This document shows, piece by piece, positions 1-8,809 of a DNA stretch of 50,343 bases. The notes under the pieces are model-generated. The model ran no database searches. It was not told the DNA's origin and was given only the letters and a program-made list of their open reading frames with translations. The stretch's first letter is position 1. Each line of letters opens with the position of its first letter. The stretch lies in sequence record NC_048204.1, one strand, 5' to 3'. Made by a program: the position numbers and the translations under genes. Source of the stretch: Escherichia phage vB_Eco_mar001J1.

Positions 1-127
1 AAAATTATGTCCAGCAAGTTTTTAGTAGTTCGCGTATATAATCATGACAACGAATCTTCTTCTGAAATCCCGACAATTTATGACAGGGATTTTGGATGGA
101 GTGAGCAATCGGCTGTTGAAAATGAGC
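1..127. repeat. Terminal direct duplication: 1-127 is identical to 50217-50343 (circular permutation or assembly overlap)
   Basis: Exact match of window start and end read directly from the sequence. Confidence 0.9.
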
Positions 128-231
128 GCAAGATTGCAGAACTGTACGGCGACACTTGCAGCATTGAAGTAAGGCAGTACGACGAATCGAACAAGCCAAC
201 AAACGAAACTTATATGTGGCCAGACGCATAA
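7..231 (+). CDS. Hypothetical protein (74 aa); its 5' end is duplicated at 50223-50343
   Basis: ATG with AAGG spacer upstream; cassette promoter 50143-50186 lies upstream across the circular junction. Confidence 0.6.
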   Translation: MSSKFLVVRVYNHDNESSSEIPTIYDRDFGWSEQSAVENERKIAELYGDTCSIEVRQYDESNKPTNETYMWPDA

Positions 232-234
232 AAA

Positions 235-266
235 TAAAGGAGGCATTAAGCCTCCTTTTTCTTTTC
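235..266. terminator. Bidirectional stem-loop terminator (AGGAGGC/GCCTCCT stem, T-run)
   Basis: 7-bp GC stem 238-256 followed by TTTT; sits between convergent genes. Confidence 0.6.
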
Positions 267-641
267 TCTCCAGTAAAGACAAATCAGCACAATTAACACA
301 ACCACGCATATGATTATTGGATCGTACCATCTGCCGTTATTACCCTGCACAACCTGAATTTTGTCTGCCTTGATGGTATTGGCCTGAATGGTTGATGTTG
401 TGAAATCCTTCTTGCTTGAAGTGTCCACCTTGTCAACCGCAGATTCCTTTATTGTGGTTTCCTGTTTTGTGCTGACGTCCTGCTTTGCTGTAATGCCAAC
501 TGTCTGCTTCACGTTCTCAGCGCCAGCCTGGGCTGTTATTTCCGGCTTACTGCCGATTAATCCGGTCAGTGGCGTAACGCTTGAACATCCAGACAAGATC
601 ACCGCCATTGCGATTGGTGTAAGTAAAAATTTCTTCATCAT
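246..641 (-). CDS. Unimolecular spanin (lipoprotein signal with lipobox LSGC plus C-terminal transmembrane domain)
   Basis: N-terminal [19 protein letters not shown] and C-terminal [15 protein letters not shown]; same architecture as T1 gp11 u-spanin; start overlaps endolysin stop. Confidence 0.7.
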   Translation of the reverse strand: MMKKFLLTPIAMAVILSGCSSVTPLTGLIGSKPEITAQAGAENVKQTVGITAKQDVSTKQETTIKESAVDKVDTSSKKDFTTSTIQANTIKADKIQVVQGNNGRWYDPIIICVVVLIVLICLYWREKKKEA

Positions 642-1129
642 TTCAGATCCATTGTGCAATATTTGTATTCGACCTTGCGCCTGTTAAGTAAGCCTTTAGA
701 CTTCTCGCGCTTTCCTGTTTTGGGGTTATGGTAATACGTCCAACGATAAAGCTGATCGCAAGCCTCGTTTAATTTCCCCTGGTTGATGAGTTTCAGCATT
801 GTTGAATTTCTGAAAGCTCCCACACCTGCATTGTAAGTGAATGAGTACATTGCTGCACGCATACTATCAGGAATGTCAACCTTAACTTGCTTGTCAACTT
901 CCTTTTTAGCAACCTGGATATGCTTAGCCAACAAAGCATCACACTCTTTTTTAGTGTACGTTTTCCCCAGGATAACATCTGGTCCGGTGATTCCTGCGCA
1001 AACCGTCCATACTCCCGCAATATCTTTGTATGGCTTGTATCTTACCCCTTCGATCTCTTCAAGAAGTGGAGAAGTCAAGGCAACCGCAACGCCAAAGGCC
1101 GCAGCCGCTACCCTGTTCTTTATGCTCAT
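638..1129 (-). CDS. SAR endolysin (phage P21 R-type lysozyme)
   Basis: N-terminal signal-anchor [13 protein letters not shown] then [23 protein letters not shown] and CDQLYRWTY, closely matching P21 R. Confidence 0.85.
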   Translation of the reverse strand: MSIKNRVAAAAFGVAVALTSPLLEEIEGVRYKPYKDIAGVWTVCAGITGPDVILGKTYTKKECDALLAKHIQVAKKEVDKQVKVDIPDSMRAAMYSFTYNAGVGAFRNSTMLKLINQGKLNEACDQLYRWTYYHNPKTGKREKSKGLLNRRKVEYKYCTMDLK

Positions 1130-1344
1130 TACTTGCCCCTGATCTCAATAGCTTTTTGAATATCACCTTTTTCGATCGCCTCGTGGAATTTTTTACTATC
1201 ACGCCAGCGAAGGTAAGCACCCCACGCACCGAATGCAGCCATTAAAACAAAGCTGGCAATAGCAATGGTTAACTGACCTGTAGCGGCGCTTGCGATAGAT
1301 GAACCGCCAGATCCGGCTGTAGCTGCGTTAATAAAATCTTTCAT
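1129..1344 (-). CDS. Holin (pinholin-like, two transmembrane segments)
   Basis: 71 aa, two hydrophobic helices and charged C-terminus; stop overlaps endolysin start; GGAG RBS. Confidence 0.7.
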   Translation of the reverse strand: MKDFINAATAGSGGSSIASAATGQLTIAIASFVLMAAFGAWGAYLRWRDSKKFHEAIEKGDIQKAIEIRGK

Positions 1345-1419
1345 TTTTAATGCTCCATATTAATTAAAGTCAATATATTAACCGCATAATAAACGCACAT
1401 GATAAAAATTTAAACAAAA

Positions 1420-1447
1420 AAAAGAGGCGACAAACGCCGCCCCTTTG
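1420..1447 (-). terminator. Possible terminator between phosphoesterase gene and lysis cassette
   Basis: Short GC stem followed by a 9-nt T-run on the minus strand. Confidence 0.35.
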
Positions 1448-1490
1448 CAAGTTTTTGATTTAATTTGTCATTGATTTAAATAAAAATTCA

Positions 1491-2606
1491 TCAATTCATC
1501 ATTTCTGGATAGTGAACAAATCGCCCAACTTCTCCATGCTCTTTGTCGTAAATGATAACCGCTGCACGGCGTCGAGATCTCCAGCCACCGCGCGCGGCGT
1601 ATGCGTCTTTTGCCGCCAGGGTGCTATGCACCTCAACGATGCCAAGCGACGTTTCCGTCACGGTCTGGTGATGCCAGTGCCCTACGTGCGCATACATAGT
1701 TTTTGAGTTTCCGAAGTCCTCCCGCCAATCTGACGCGCACATCATTAGCAAAGTCTCCGGTTTACGCACTGTGTGCCCGTGATGGTACGCAAGGAAAGTT
1801 TTTCCGTATTGCGTGTGGTGAACAACGCGAGGAGAAACATCAACGTAAACGCGCGGCTCGTTCTCATATGCTGCCGCCATTGCTGCGCGTAGCCAAATCA
1901 TTCCTGATTGGTCGTGATTGCCCTCTACGATCTGGACCTCAACATGTTTATGCTTTAACAGCATTTTATCAATTGCGCGACGCATTGCACGGATTGCAAC
2001 GTAAACCAATTTTGCATATCGGCTATCTTGATCAAGTACGTGACCGCTTGCAGGTGTCACAGCCTCCAGGCCATCGCTATGAAGCATATCGCCACCAATC
2101 AGGATAACAGCCTTTTCGCTGTCCGGCGCGCACATCAAAGCATAGTCGATAAAGTTATTCATAACGCGCTCTGCCGTCGCAGTATCCCAATTTTCGCCGC
2201 ATTCGTGCTTATGGGCCATAGCGCCTAAGTGCATGTCAAAGATCGGATACAATGAAAGCGTTTCATTATAATTACGCTCCTGCAATGGAACTGGATCTAA
2301 TCGCGGCACTTCCTCGCTAAACGCCTCCATAGCTGCGCGCATCAGTGCCTCTAATTGCTCTTTATCCTTGCTGGTTTTGGTCCACTTGAGGATTATATTT
2401 CCTTCTTTGTCAGTCATTACTGACTCACCATGAACACCAAAACCAGGCGCTCCGATGGTCGATAACTGTCCTTGCTTTGCAAGACGCGCCGCGCGACGCT
2501 CGACGCTTCTCACATTCATTCCGTACTCTTGAGCGATCTGTTTATATGTCTTACCTGCCGCCCGTTCGATCTTGAATTGCTCATCTGTAATTTTTACATT
2601 TTTCAT
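1491..2606 (-). CDS. Helix-turn-helix domain fused to calcineurin-like metallophosphoesterase
   Basis: N-terminal KTYKQIAQEYGMNVRSVERRAARLAKQ; phosphoesterase motifs GGDMLHSDG, EGNHD, HHGH; start chosen at Met28 of the track ORF. Confidence 0.65.
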   Translation of the reverse strand: MKNVKITDEQFKIERAAGKTYKQIAQEYGMNVRSVERRAARLAKQGQLSTIGAPGFGVHGESVMTDKEGNIILKWTKTSKDKEQLEALMRAAMEAFSEEVPRLDPVPLQERNYNETLSLYPIFDMHLGAMAHKHECGENWDTATAERVMNNFIDYALMCAPDSEKAVILIGGDMLHSDGLEAVTPASGHVLDQDSRYAKLVYVAIRAMRRAIDKMLLKHKHVEVQIVEGNHDQSGMIWLRAAMAAAYENEPRVYVDVSPRVVHHTQYGKTFLAYHHGHTVRKPETLLMMCASDWREDFGNSKTMYAHVGHWHHQTVTETSLGIVEVHSTLAAKDAYAARGGWRSRRRAAVIIYDKEHGEVGRFVHYPEMMN

Positions 2607-2700
2607 TCTGCTACCTATCTCATCACTATATGGTACATAACTGTAACAGCGATGATAACGGGTAACGGTAGAACAAACAAGCGCCACATGATAACTATCC

Positions 2701-3186
2701 TCATTTTATGTATTCTGATTCCCAAATCATCCTCTGATTTATAGCATCATCCATTGATTTGAATGATTTTGATATTCTATTTGAGTTTACGCATATTGAA
2801 GCTACCCATAGATCATCTCTTTTATTATACATAACGCCAGTTATTCCGCTTGTATTGCTTTTTCTAACTCTACCGCAACCTTTTCTAAGGTTGTCTGAAT
2901 GACGTATTATTCTAAGGTTGTCGATATTGTCATTAGCCTCCTCGCCATCACAAACTGGGTTTTTATGATCTATGACAAATCCTTCTGGAATCTTACCGTT
3001 GTGCATTTCCCAAACTATTGAATGTCTGTAGTGCAGTTTTCCATTAAATCCTATTAAAACATATCCATATTCATTTTTGCACCCTGCAAAGTCTCCAGGT
3101 TTGACTCCTCCATTTCTCCCATTTCTCCTTACTTTCCAGTAAAGTATTCCATTTCTATATTCAAAATAATCACTCCAATTTATCAT
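2701..3186 (-). CDS. HNH homing endonuclease with AP2-like DNA-binding domain
   Basis: IDHKNPVCDGEEANDNIDNLR HNH motif and C-terminal SGITGV...W AP2-like segment. Confidence 0.8.
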   Translation of the reverse strand: MINWSDYFEYRNGILYWKVRRNGRNGGVKPGDFAGCKNEYGYVLIGFNGKLHYRHSIVWEMHNGKIPEGFVIDHKNPVCDGEEANDNIDNLRIIRHSDNLRKGCGRVRKSNTSGITGVMYNKRDDLWVASICVNSNRISKSFKSMDDAINQRMIWESEYIK

Positions 3187-3425
3187 TTAAATCTTTTTCT
3201 TTGCTCTCTGCTGCTGTCGATTACAGATTTGAAATCAATTTTTGTTGGAACTGCTGGAACTCTTACCATTTTTCGCGGCCTTTCCTTGAGGAAAGTCATC
3301 TTGTCGCCGCTAATTATGCTCACATCTGCAATATCAAAGTATTGCGCGATCTTCTTTATATCGTCGGCAATACCGCATTCTTTAGCGTGATTCCATACCG
3401 CATCTCTTCCTTGCTCAACCTTCAT
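3183..3425 (-). CDS. Hypothetical protein (80 aa)
   Basis: GGAGG RBS before ATG at 3425; 4-nt overlap with downstream HNH gene. Confidence 0.5.
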   Translation of the reverse strand: MKVEQGRDAVWNHAKECGIADDIKKIAQYFDIADVSIISGDKMTFLKERPRKMVRVPAVPTKIDFKSVIDSSREQRKRFK

Positions 3426-3594
3426 GCTTATAATATGCCTCCGCTTGTTCAATTGGTGCGTGACCGTATGCAACTTTCAGTAAAAACATTGCGATCTCCC
3501 AATCAAACTGGAATCCTTCCTTTGAACCGCCATCCACTGAACCTTTTGCTACTTCTTGAGCAAGATTAAAAGCGCGTTTATCGAATACCACCAT
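3415..3594 (-). CDS. Hypothetical small protein (59 aa, below the ORF-track cutoff)
   Basis: Manual translation MVVFDKRAFNLAQEV...; GAGGA RBS 9 nt upstream; stop overlaps next gene start. Confidence 0.5.
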   Translation of the reverse strand: MVVFDKRAFNLAQEVAKGSVDGGSKEGFQFDWEIAMFLLKVAYGHAPIEQAEAYYKHEG

Positions 3595-3626
3595 TTTTAT
3601 TTCCTCATGTTTGCTTCGTTGAAATA

Positions 3627-3670
3627 ATTATGCCCGACACTAGGCCGGGCGTTTTAACAAAAAGTGCTAT
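3627..3670 (-). promoter_or_regulatory. Cassette promoter candidate: 20-mer ATAGCACTTTTTGTTAAAAC + 18 bp (GC hairpin) + CATAAT
   Basis: Motif overlaps stop of 3670..3927; 22 bp from TTGTTA to the hexamer; almost identical to inverted copy at 50143-50186. Confidence 0.55.
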
Positions 3671-3927
3671 TAGTGGATCATTCCGTGCTGAAAATTCCAC
3701 GAATCGACAAACTCTTGCATGTCATTTCTGATTTGTTCGTGCCATTTTTCAAGCGGGAGTTTTCTTGTCTCCTCAAAGCTCATATCTAATGCGCTTGAAA
3801 ATTCCCACGGATCGCAATCAATCATCTTTTTCACGTTAGGATTTTTATCAAGTGCATCGCACACCATAGAGCGAAATAACAACCATTCGCCAGTTTCATT
3901 TAAATAAACGCTTCTCTCTTTTTTCAT
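3670..3927 (-). CDS. Hypothetical protein (85 aa)
   Basis: Track ORF with ATG start; compact spacing to Dam gene. Confidence 0.55.
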   Translation of the reverse strand: MKKERSVYLNETGEWLLFRSMVCDALDKNPNVKKMIDCDPWEFSSALDMSFEETRKLPLEKWHEQIRNDMQEFVDSWNFQHGMIH

Positions 3928-3931
3928 CGTG

Positions 3932-4657
3932 TTAGCTCCGTTTGCGTGCGCGACGTTCGGTTACAGAAGGGCAAATATCGCTGATCTTAACGTATCGCGT
4001 TTTCTGCTCCTCGCCTTCTTTAAGTTTGCGCATGACAAAAATCACGCTTCCCTTGTTGTTGCCCTGCACAGGCTCACCAGTCAATCCAGACACAAAGGCA
4101 ATTCTTCCGGTGCGGGAGTATTCTACTCCACCCTCTTCGTAAACCTCACCAGTGATCCAGATGATTTCAGCCGCGTTTTTCTGCGCCTCATAAAACCATG
4201 CTGTAGAGTTGTCGGCTGGCAACAAAACATCAATTTGGTTGTTGTGCTCCATTTGCTCAATTGCTTTCTTGATAAATGGAGTTGGGTTGCTGTACGGCGG
4301 GTTAAGCCATACGTGCTTGTTGCTACCCCACCAACGCTTTAAGCAGTTTGTTTCCTTGCTATAGAACTTCTCGCAAACTGCGTTTTCCTGGCTTGCTGCC
4401 GCGTCTAGATCGTATTCACCAAATTCTGATTCCATCCACTCCACGATCTCTTGAGGCGTGCTCCACATATCTCGCACAACGTCCGGCGTAGTGCTTCCAG
4501 CGTATCGGTTTCCGCTTACCTTATAATATTGATTTGGCTTTACTGCCTGGTAATGGCCTCCAGTTGCAAGGGCATTCCCTATAAACGTTTCTCTCTCCAA
4601 CTGCTCAAAGCTAACGAATGCGTCATGGGTGTCTTTATCTAAAATATCTTTAGCCAT
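3932..4657 (-). CDS. dam: DNA N6-adenine methyltransferase (phage Dam-like)
   Basis: NPPY catalytic motif (WLNPPYSNP); start placed at MAKDIL after GGAGA RBS, alternative ATG at 4684. Confidence 0.8.
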   Translation of the reverse strand: MAKDILDKDTHDAFVSFEQLERETFIGNALATGGHYQAVKPNQYYKVSGNRYAGSTTPDVVRDMWSTPQEIVEWMESEFGEYDLDAAASQENAVCEKFYSKETNCLKRWWGSNKHVWLNPPYSNPTPFIKKAIEQMEHNNQIDVLLPADNSTAWFYEAQKNAAEIIWITGEVYEEGGVEYSRTGRIAFVSGLTGEPVQGNNKGSVIFVMRKLKEGEEQKTRYVKISDICPSVTERRARKRS

Positions 4658-4697
4658 TTTCATTTCTCCGCTATTAAAAGCCATCTCGTGTTATTGA

Positions 4698-4741
4698 ATT
4701 ATGGCGCAATCCATCGCGCCAGTTTTAACAAAAAGTGCTAT
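4698..4741 (-). promoter_or_regulatory. Cassette promoter candidate (20-mer, hairpin GGCGCGATGGATTGCGCC, CATAAT)
   Basis: Same geometry as other copies; overlaps stop of 4738..5157. Confidence 0.55.
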
Positions 4742-5157
4742 TTAAGCATGTATTCAATAGCCAACTTAAACTGATTGAATCCGTAGGCTACCGCAGCGAA
4801 TCCTCCTAAGCTGCGAACGCGACGCAAAAAAGCCTTTTGTTCATCGCTGACTGGTGATGCTTTCCCCTTGCCTGATTTATTCACTCGTTTGATCTCAATC
4901 GCTGCAAAGGGGTATTTTCCGTTTAAACCAATCAGGATGATGAAATCGCTTACTCCCTTAACCAAGCCGGACTGCTGATCAATCATCGCCGTTGCTTTAG
5001 ACTTCTCATTCTCGTTTACCGTATGCCACGCCAGCAAATAAGGATGAGCATAAGTCAACCACTGAAAACTATCTATCTGGTGATTAACTTCCCTTCTCGT
5101 GTCGGTTGGATCCCTTTCGTAAAACTCAAGATAATCGCCTTTATCAGTTATAGCCAT
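4738..5157 (-). CDS. VRR-NUC domain nuclease
   Basis: PD-(D/E)XK-like segment GVSDFIILIG...AAIEIK in a 139-aa protein. Confidence 0.6.
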   Translation of the reverse strand: MAITDKGDYLEFYERDPTDTRREVNHQIDSFQWLTYAHPYLLAWHTVNENEKSKATAMIDQQSGLVKGVSDFIILIGLNGKYPFAAIEIKRVNKSGKGKASPVSDEQKAFLRRVRSLGGFAAVAYGFNQFKLAIEYMLK

Positions 5158-7154
5158 TAAACAAACTCCCGTTTTGCAATGTTATCCTCACCTTTGCCGT
5201 TTTTGCGATGCGTTACGCGTACAGGAGGCATGATGTGATGAGCGTATGACATTATTTTACGCGCATTTCTATAGCTCGCCACCATACCAGCAATCTTGCG
5301 ATCCGGTATGTGCTGCAATGCTATTTTTCTCCATATCGTCCGGCAAATGTTGCTTTCTGACTCAGGGAAAAATCTTTCGTATGCCTTGAATGTGTCGCCG
5401 TTGGCCTCAAGCTCATAGCAAAAAACAATTCCTTTCTGGTTTTTCGTCATATCAACGCGGAAAGATTTAACGTTGCACCAATCGTTTTTGGTGTAGTGCT
5501 TGCCGCTTAACTTCTCGTTAGGATCGACAAGAGAAATATCGCAACAACGGCATACTCTCGCCACTACGTCGTTTTTTGTTCCGCAACCGCGCTTGATTAT
5601 CTTTTTCGTTCTCGGATCTACATGGTCCTCGCAAATTCTGTAAGTCCAAAAATGCTCGCATCTCTTTCCGTTATCGTCTACGTGCATACATCGGCGAGCG
5701 TAAAAGCTGTTTAGCGTTCCACATATCGGGCAAGTCTTAGGCTCTTTCCCGTTTGTAAATCTCTTTTGAAATTGCGCTTGCTCAAGAATTGGATCGAAAT
5801 ACAAATCCCCTAACTCATCCATAGTACCTGCAAAATCCAATACAAGATGATCTTTTTTCTTGAATCCCTGCTCAATGTGCCATTGCTTAAGCAGTCGCAT
5901 ACCGCGCCCCAAAAGCTGGATAAGCAATGTTAGAGATCCTATCTTTCTCAGTATTACCGAAGTATCCCAAAACGGAACGTTAACGCCAGTGGTAAGCGCC
6001 TGTACCTGGAAGATGTATTTTACTTTTCCCTCGTATGCCTCCCTCAGCCACTCTTTACGCTGATTGTCTCCAGTCTTGCCAGTTATGATCCTGTATTCGA
6101 CGCCTGGCGGAAGTGCGGCGGCGGCCTCCTTGCAGTGTCTTTCCCCTGCGCATGTAACTAAAACTCCGTTCCTGTCTTTGCATATCTCATGGACTTTAGC
6201 CATGATTTTCTGTGTCATTGTTGCGTCTTGATGGATCTTTTCTTCCATCTTGCGCAATGTTTTAGCGTCAAAGTCTGAAACGCCATCCTCGCTACTTGCT
6301 TCGAACTCTGAAAGGTCATACCCCAGGTCGCCTACGTCGCCGAAATTTGTTGGCACTACAGAACCGAATTTGATTAAGTAGTTTGTGTCTATGTTAGTCA
6401 CCTGCTCACGCCAGAATCCCTTTTTGTTCTTATCTTCAACCAGTATTGGAACCACGCCGCGAAACTCAGATCCAGTCATACCGAATATTCGCAATTCGTG
6501 CCCGTATGCCTCGCGACACCTGCGCATCATTTCCATGATTATTACGGTGTACTGTGTGCGCCCTGTTCCGAACATTGGATCGCCATTGGAATCAAATTGC
6601 TGTTCTTCTCCAATCAGTACAGGCAAATCCTTCTTAGTGGTCATCTGCTGGTAAGATTCATTATTTTCTATCGCATCAGCGAGATCCTCCCAATCCACCT
6701 GGTGACATTCATCAATACCGATAACGTGCGGAACATAATCACCTAACGACTTAAACAATCCGTTTACTACAGTGCCCTCAGAACCGACTACGATCGGAAA
6801 GTATGCGCTTTTTGTTTTCAGTCCGGCGCAATAGATTGAGTTTGGCACGCCAAGATTGCTGATCTCTTCCGAATCCTGATCAACAATTTCAGCCTGGCGA
6901 GCAAGGACCATCATTTTCAATCCCATTTTGCGGCATTGCGCAGCAACCATCGCAAACATCAAAGTTTTGCCAGCCGACACAGAAGCCTTAACGAAGAAAG
7001 GATGCTCATATTTTTTCATGCGCTTTGCGATCTCGGCATACGCAACGCACTGATAAGGATAAGGCACTATATTGCCAACCGTGAATCGCTCTTGGATGCT
7101 TTTTATTACTGCCTCGCCTAACGCTGATATTTGTTTTTCGATATTTGGGATCAT
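5157..7154 (-). CDS. SF2 ATP-dependent DNA helicase with C-terminal zinc-ribbon region
   Basis: Walker A SVSAGKTLMFAMVAA, DECH box, C-terminal CPICG...CRCC cysteine cluster. Confidence 0.8.
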   Translation of the reverse strand: MIPNIEKQISALGEAVIKSIQERFTVGNIVPYPYQCVAYAEIAKRMKKYEHPFFVKASVSAGKTLMFAMVAAQCRKMGLKMMVLARQAEIVDQDSEEISNLGVPNSIYCAGLKTKSAYFPIVVGSEGTVVNGLFKSLGDYVPHVIGIDECHQVDWEDLADAIENNESYQQMTTKKDLPVLIGEEQQFDSNGDPMFGTGRTQYTVIIMEMMRRCREAYGHELRIFGMTGSEFRGVVPILVEDKNKKGFWREQVTNIDTNYLIKFGSVVPTNFGDVGDLGYDLSEFEASSEDGVSDFDAKTLRKMEEKIHQDATMTQKIMAKVHEICKDRNGVLVTCAGERHCKEAAAALPPGVEYRIITGKTGDNQRKEWLREAYEGKVKYIFQVQALTTGVNVPFWDTSVILRKIGSLTLLIQLLGRGMRLLKQWHIEQGFKKKDHLVLDFAGTMDELGDLYFDPILEQAQFQKRFTNGKEPKTCPICGTLNSFYARRCMHVDDNGKRCEHFWTYRICEDHVDPRTKKIIKRGCGTKNDVVARVCRCCDISLVDPNEKLSGKHYTKNDWCNVKSFRVDMTKNQKGIVFCYELEANGDTFKAYERFFPESESNICRTIWRKIALQHIPDRKIAGMVASYRNARKIMSYAHHIMPPVRVTHRKNGKGEDNIAKREFV

Positions 7155-7186
7155 CTTAAACCTTTAAAAAATGCCATTTAGAGTAT

Positions 7187-7230
7187 ATAATAGACTCATT
7201 ACAATAAACTGTTTTAACAAAAAATGCTAT
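7187..7230 (-). promoter_or_regulatory. Cassette promoter candidate upstream of helicase gene (20-mer + 18 bp + TATTAT)
   Basis: ATAGCATTTTTTGTTAAAAC on coding strand, 22 bp from TTGTTA to TATTAT; divergent region also holds a plus-strand TATAAT at 7186-7191. Confidence 0.5.
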
Positions 7231-7241
7231 GAGGTGACTAG

Positions 7242-7718
7242 ATGAAAGATGCACGAATTGCAGTGTCTACGGGTGAGATCGACAAGCGCACTATTAACGG
7301 TAACAACGGAACGCGACGAGGTAAAGACAAAAAGCCACGAAAACACCGAACCGGATTTCTTATCCTGCGAGATGAGGTAAAAGCAAGCCTGAAATCTCGC
7401 CTTGACATTCTGATCGAGTATTACGGCGGTGTTCCTGCTATGGCTCGACGTCTACGCGTATCTCAGCAAGTCGTTAACCAGTGGCGAAAGCGTGGCATGA
7501 TTTCAGCCGCTGGAGCACAAAAGGTGCATAACGACTACAAATATAATGGGTGCAAAGGATACCGCGCATCATTTTGTCGTCCAGATCTGCGGTTTGATTC
7601 TAACGGCAAGCCTCTTACTACCCGTTGCGACAAATACGAAATGTTGCGCGTAGTCAAAAATTCAGACTACGAACCAGGCGGACGATTCTACAAAGGTGAT
7701 AACAGCACGAATAGCTAA
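7242..7718 (+). CDS. Cro/YdaS-family helix-turn-helix DNA-binding protein
   Basis: YGGVPAMARRLRVSQQVVNQWRKRGMIS segment; GAGGTGA RBS. Confidence 0.55.
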   Translation: MKDARIAVSTGEIDKRTINGNNGTRRGKDKKPRKHRTGFLILRDEVKASLKSRLDILIEYYGGVPAMARRLRVSQQVVNQWRKRGMISAAGAQKVHNDYKYNGCKGYRASFCRPDLRFDSNGKPLTTRCDKYEMLRVVKNSDYEPGGRFYKGDNSTNS

Positions 7719-7725
7719 TGATAAG

Positions 7726-7761
7726 GCCCAGCGAAATGATAATATTTGCTGGGCTTTTTTA
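7726..7761 (+). terminator. Rho-independent terminator
   Basis: GCCCAGC...GCTGGGC stem followed by TTTTTT. Confidence 0.7.
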
Positions 7762-7773
7762 TTGAGGTTTGCC

Positions 7774-8703
7774 ATGAATACTGAAAACTTTATGACCTAT
7801 CAGAAAGAAGATGTTTTGCCATATATGAAGGGGTTATGGCGTGAAGCACTACAAAGCATTTGCGGGCTGCATAGCGATGTTTTCAACAAAAAGCATCAGC
7901 CTTGCCCACACTGCGGCGGTAAGGATCGTTTTAGGTGGACTGATAAGCTAAATGAAGAGGGCGACGGCGGCGCTATCTGCAACGTGTGCGGTAACGACAC
8001 GGGGATCGGTTGGTTAATGAAATTAACTGGCGAACCTTACAGCGAGTCCATCAACATTTTGGGCCGCTTCCTCGGAAAAGTTCCACAGGATTACAGGATC
8101 AGAGCAAACAAACGCGCTTCACGTTCTTCTGGCTACTCGTTCGGGAAACAGGCAAGTCATGAATGCTGCGAAAAAGTGATGGCAAAAACATTAAAATTCG
8201 ATCGCACACCTTTAAGCGTTTTTGAGGGGATATATCCGCCGGAAGGTTGTCATTATGATTGCGGCGTCAATGATGGTCGATACATTCACGCGCTACCTTG
8301 TCACCTGGTGCATGATGACGGGCTTGATGATGAAATGTGTAACGTGCTTTTCATTGATGAGGATGGAAAGGATTGGTTTTTAGCTCGCGACTACACGCGC
8401 GGATCTGTTGTTAAAACAGGTAGCACAGATAAGACGATCTATTTGTGCCTTGATTGGGTTGATTCCCAGCATGTTCATTTATCAACTGGTCAAGAAGTGT
8501 GGGCTTGCTTTACTCCTTCAAATCTTGAAATGGTTGCGCATAGATATAAAGGAGAAAGAAGAATGCGCGTAATCTGCCGGAAAGATGATCGTGATGTGAT
8601 AATCGCGGCAGAGGAAAGAGGTCTTGACATAATGATGCCTGTTAACGATAATTTTAAACAGGGCGTAGAAAGAAAACTCTACAAGCCCGAATCACTGCTA
8701 TAA
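7774..8703 (+). CDS. Primase-like protein with zinc-binding motif
   Basis: CPHCGGKDRFRW...CNVCGN zinc finger; lies next to helicase in the replication region; start at Met27 after terminator. Confidence 0.5.
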   Translation: MNTENFMTYQKEDVLPYMKGLWREALQSICGLHSDVFNKKHQPCPHCGGKDRFRWTDKLNEEGDGGAICNVCGNDTGIGWLMKLTGEPYSESINILGRFLGKVPQDYRIRANKRASRSSGYSFGKQASHECCEKVMAKTLKFDRTPLSVFEGIYPPEGCHYDCGVNDGRYIHALPCHLVHDDGLDDEMCNVLFIDEDGKDWFLARDYTRGSVVKTGSTDKTIYLCLDWVDSQHVHLSTGQEVWACFTPSNLEMVAHRYKGERRMRVICRKDDRDVIIAAEERGLDIMMPVNDNFKQGVERKLYKPESLL

Positions 8704-8719
8704 AACTCCGCTAGTATTG

Positions 8720-8744
8720 CCCCGCTTATGCGGGGTTTTTTTTT
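8720..8744 (+). terminator. Rho-independent terminator
   Basis: CCCCGC ttat GCGGGG followed by a 9-nt T-run. Confidence 0.8.
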
Positions 8745-8777
8745 GCATTTGAAAATGCTATTATCTGCATTGTCATT

Positions 8778-8792
8778 AGCAAAAAGTGCTAT
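8778..8792 (+). repeat. Partial inverted copy of cassette 20-mer (AGCAAAAAGTGCTAT) directly 5' of tail-fibre RBS
   Basis: Reverse complement of the ATAGCACTTTTTG core, abutting AGGAGG. Confidence 0.45.
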
Positions 8793-8809
8793 TTAGGAGG
8801 ATTTTACAA

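Noticed and set aside
5-330. Minus-strand ORFs 5..229 and 22..330 overlapping the gene at 7..231
   Set aside because: Antisense to a plus-strand gene that has a good RBS and a dedicated promoter; no independent support.
7187-7230. Reading the 20-mer at 7211-7230 as the promoter of the plus-strand gene 7242
   Set aside because: In that orientation the motif is inverted and ends only 11 bp before the start codon. The cassette geometry fits the minus-strand helicase gene; a separate plus-strand TATAAT at 7186-7191 is the more likely promoter for 7242.
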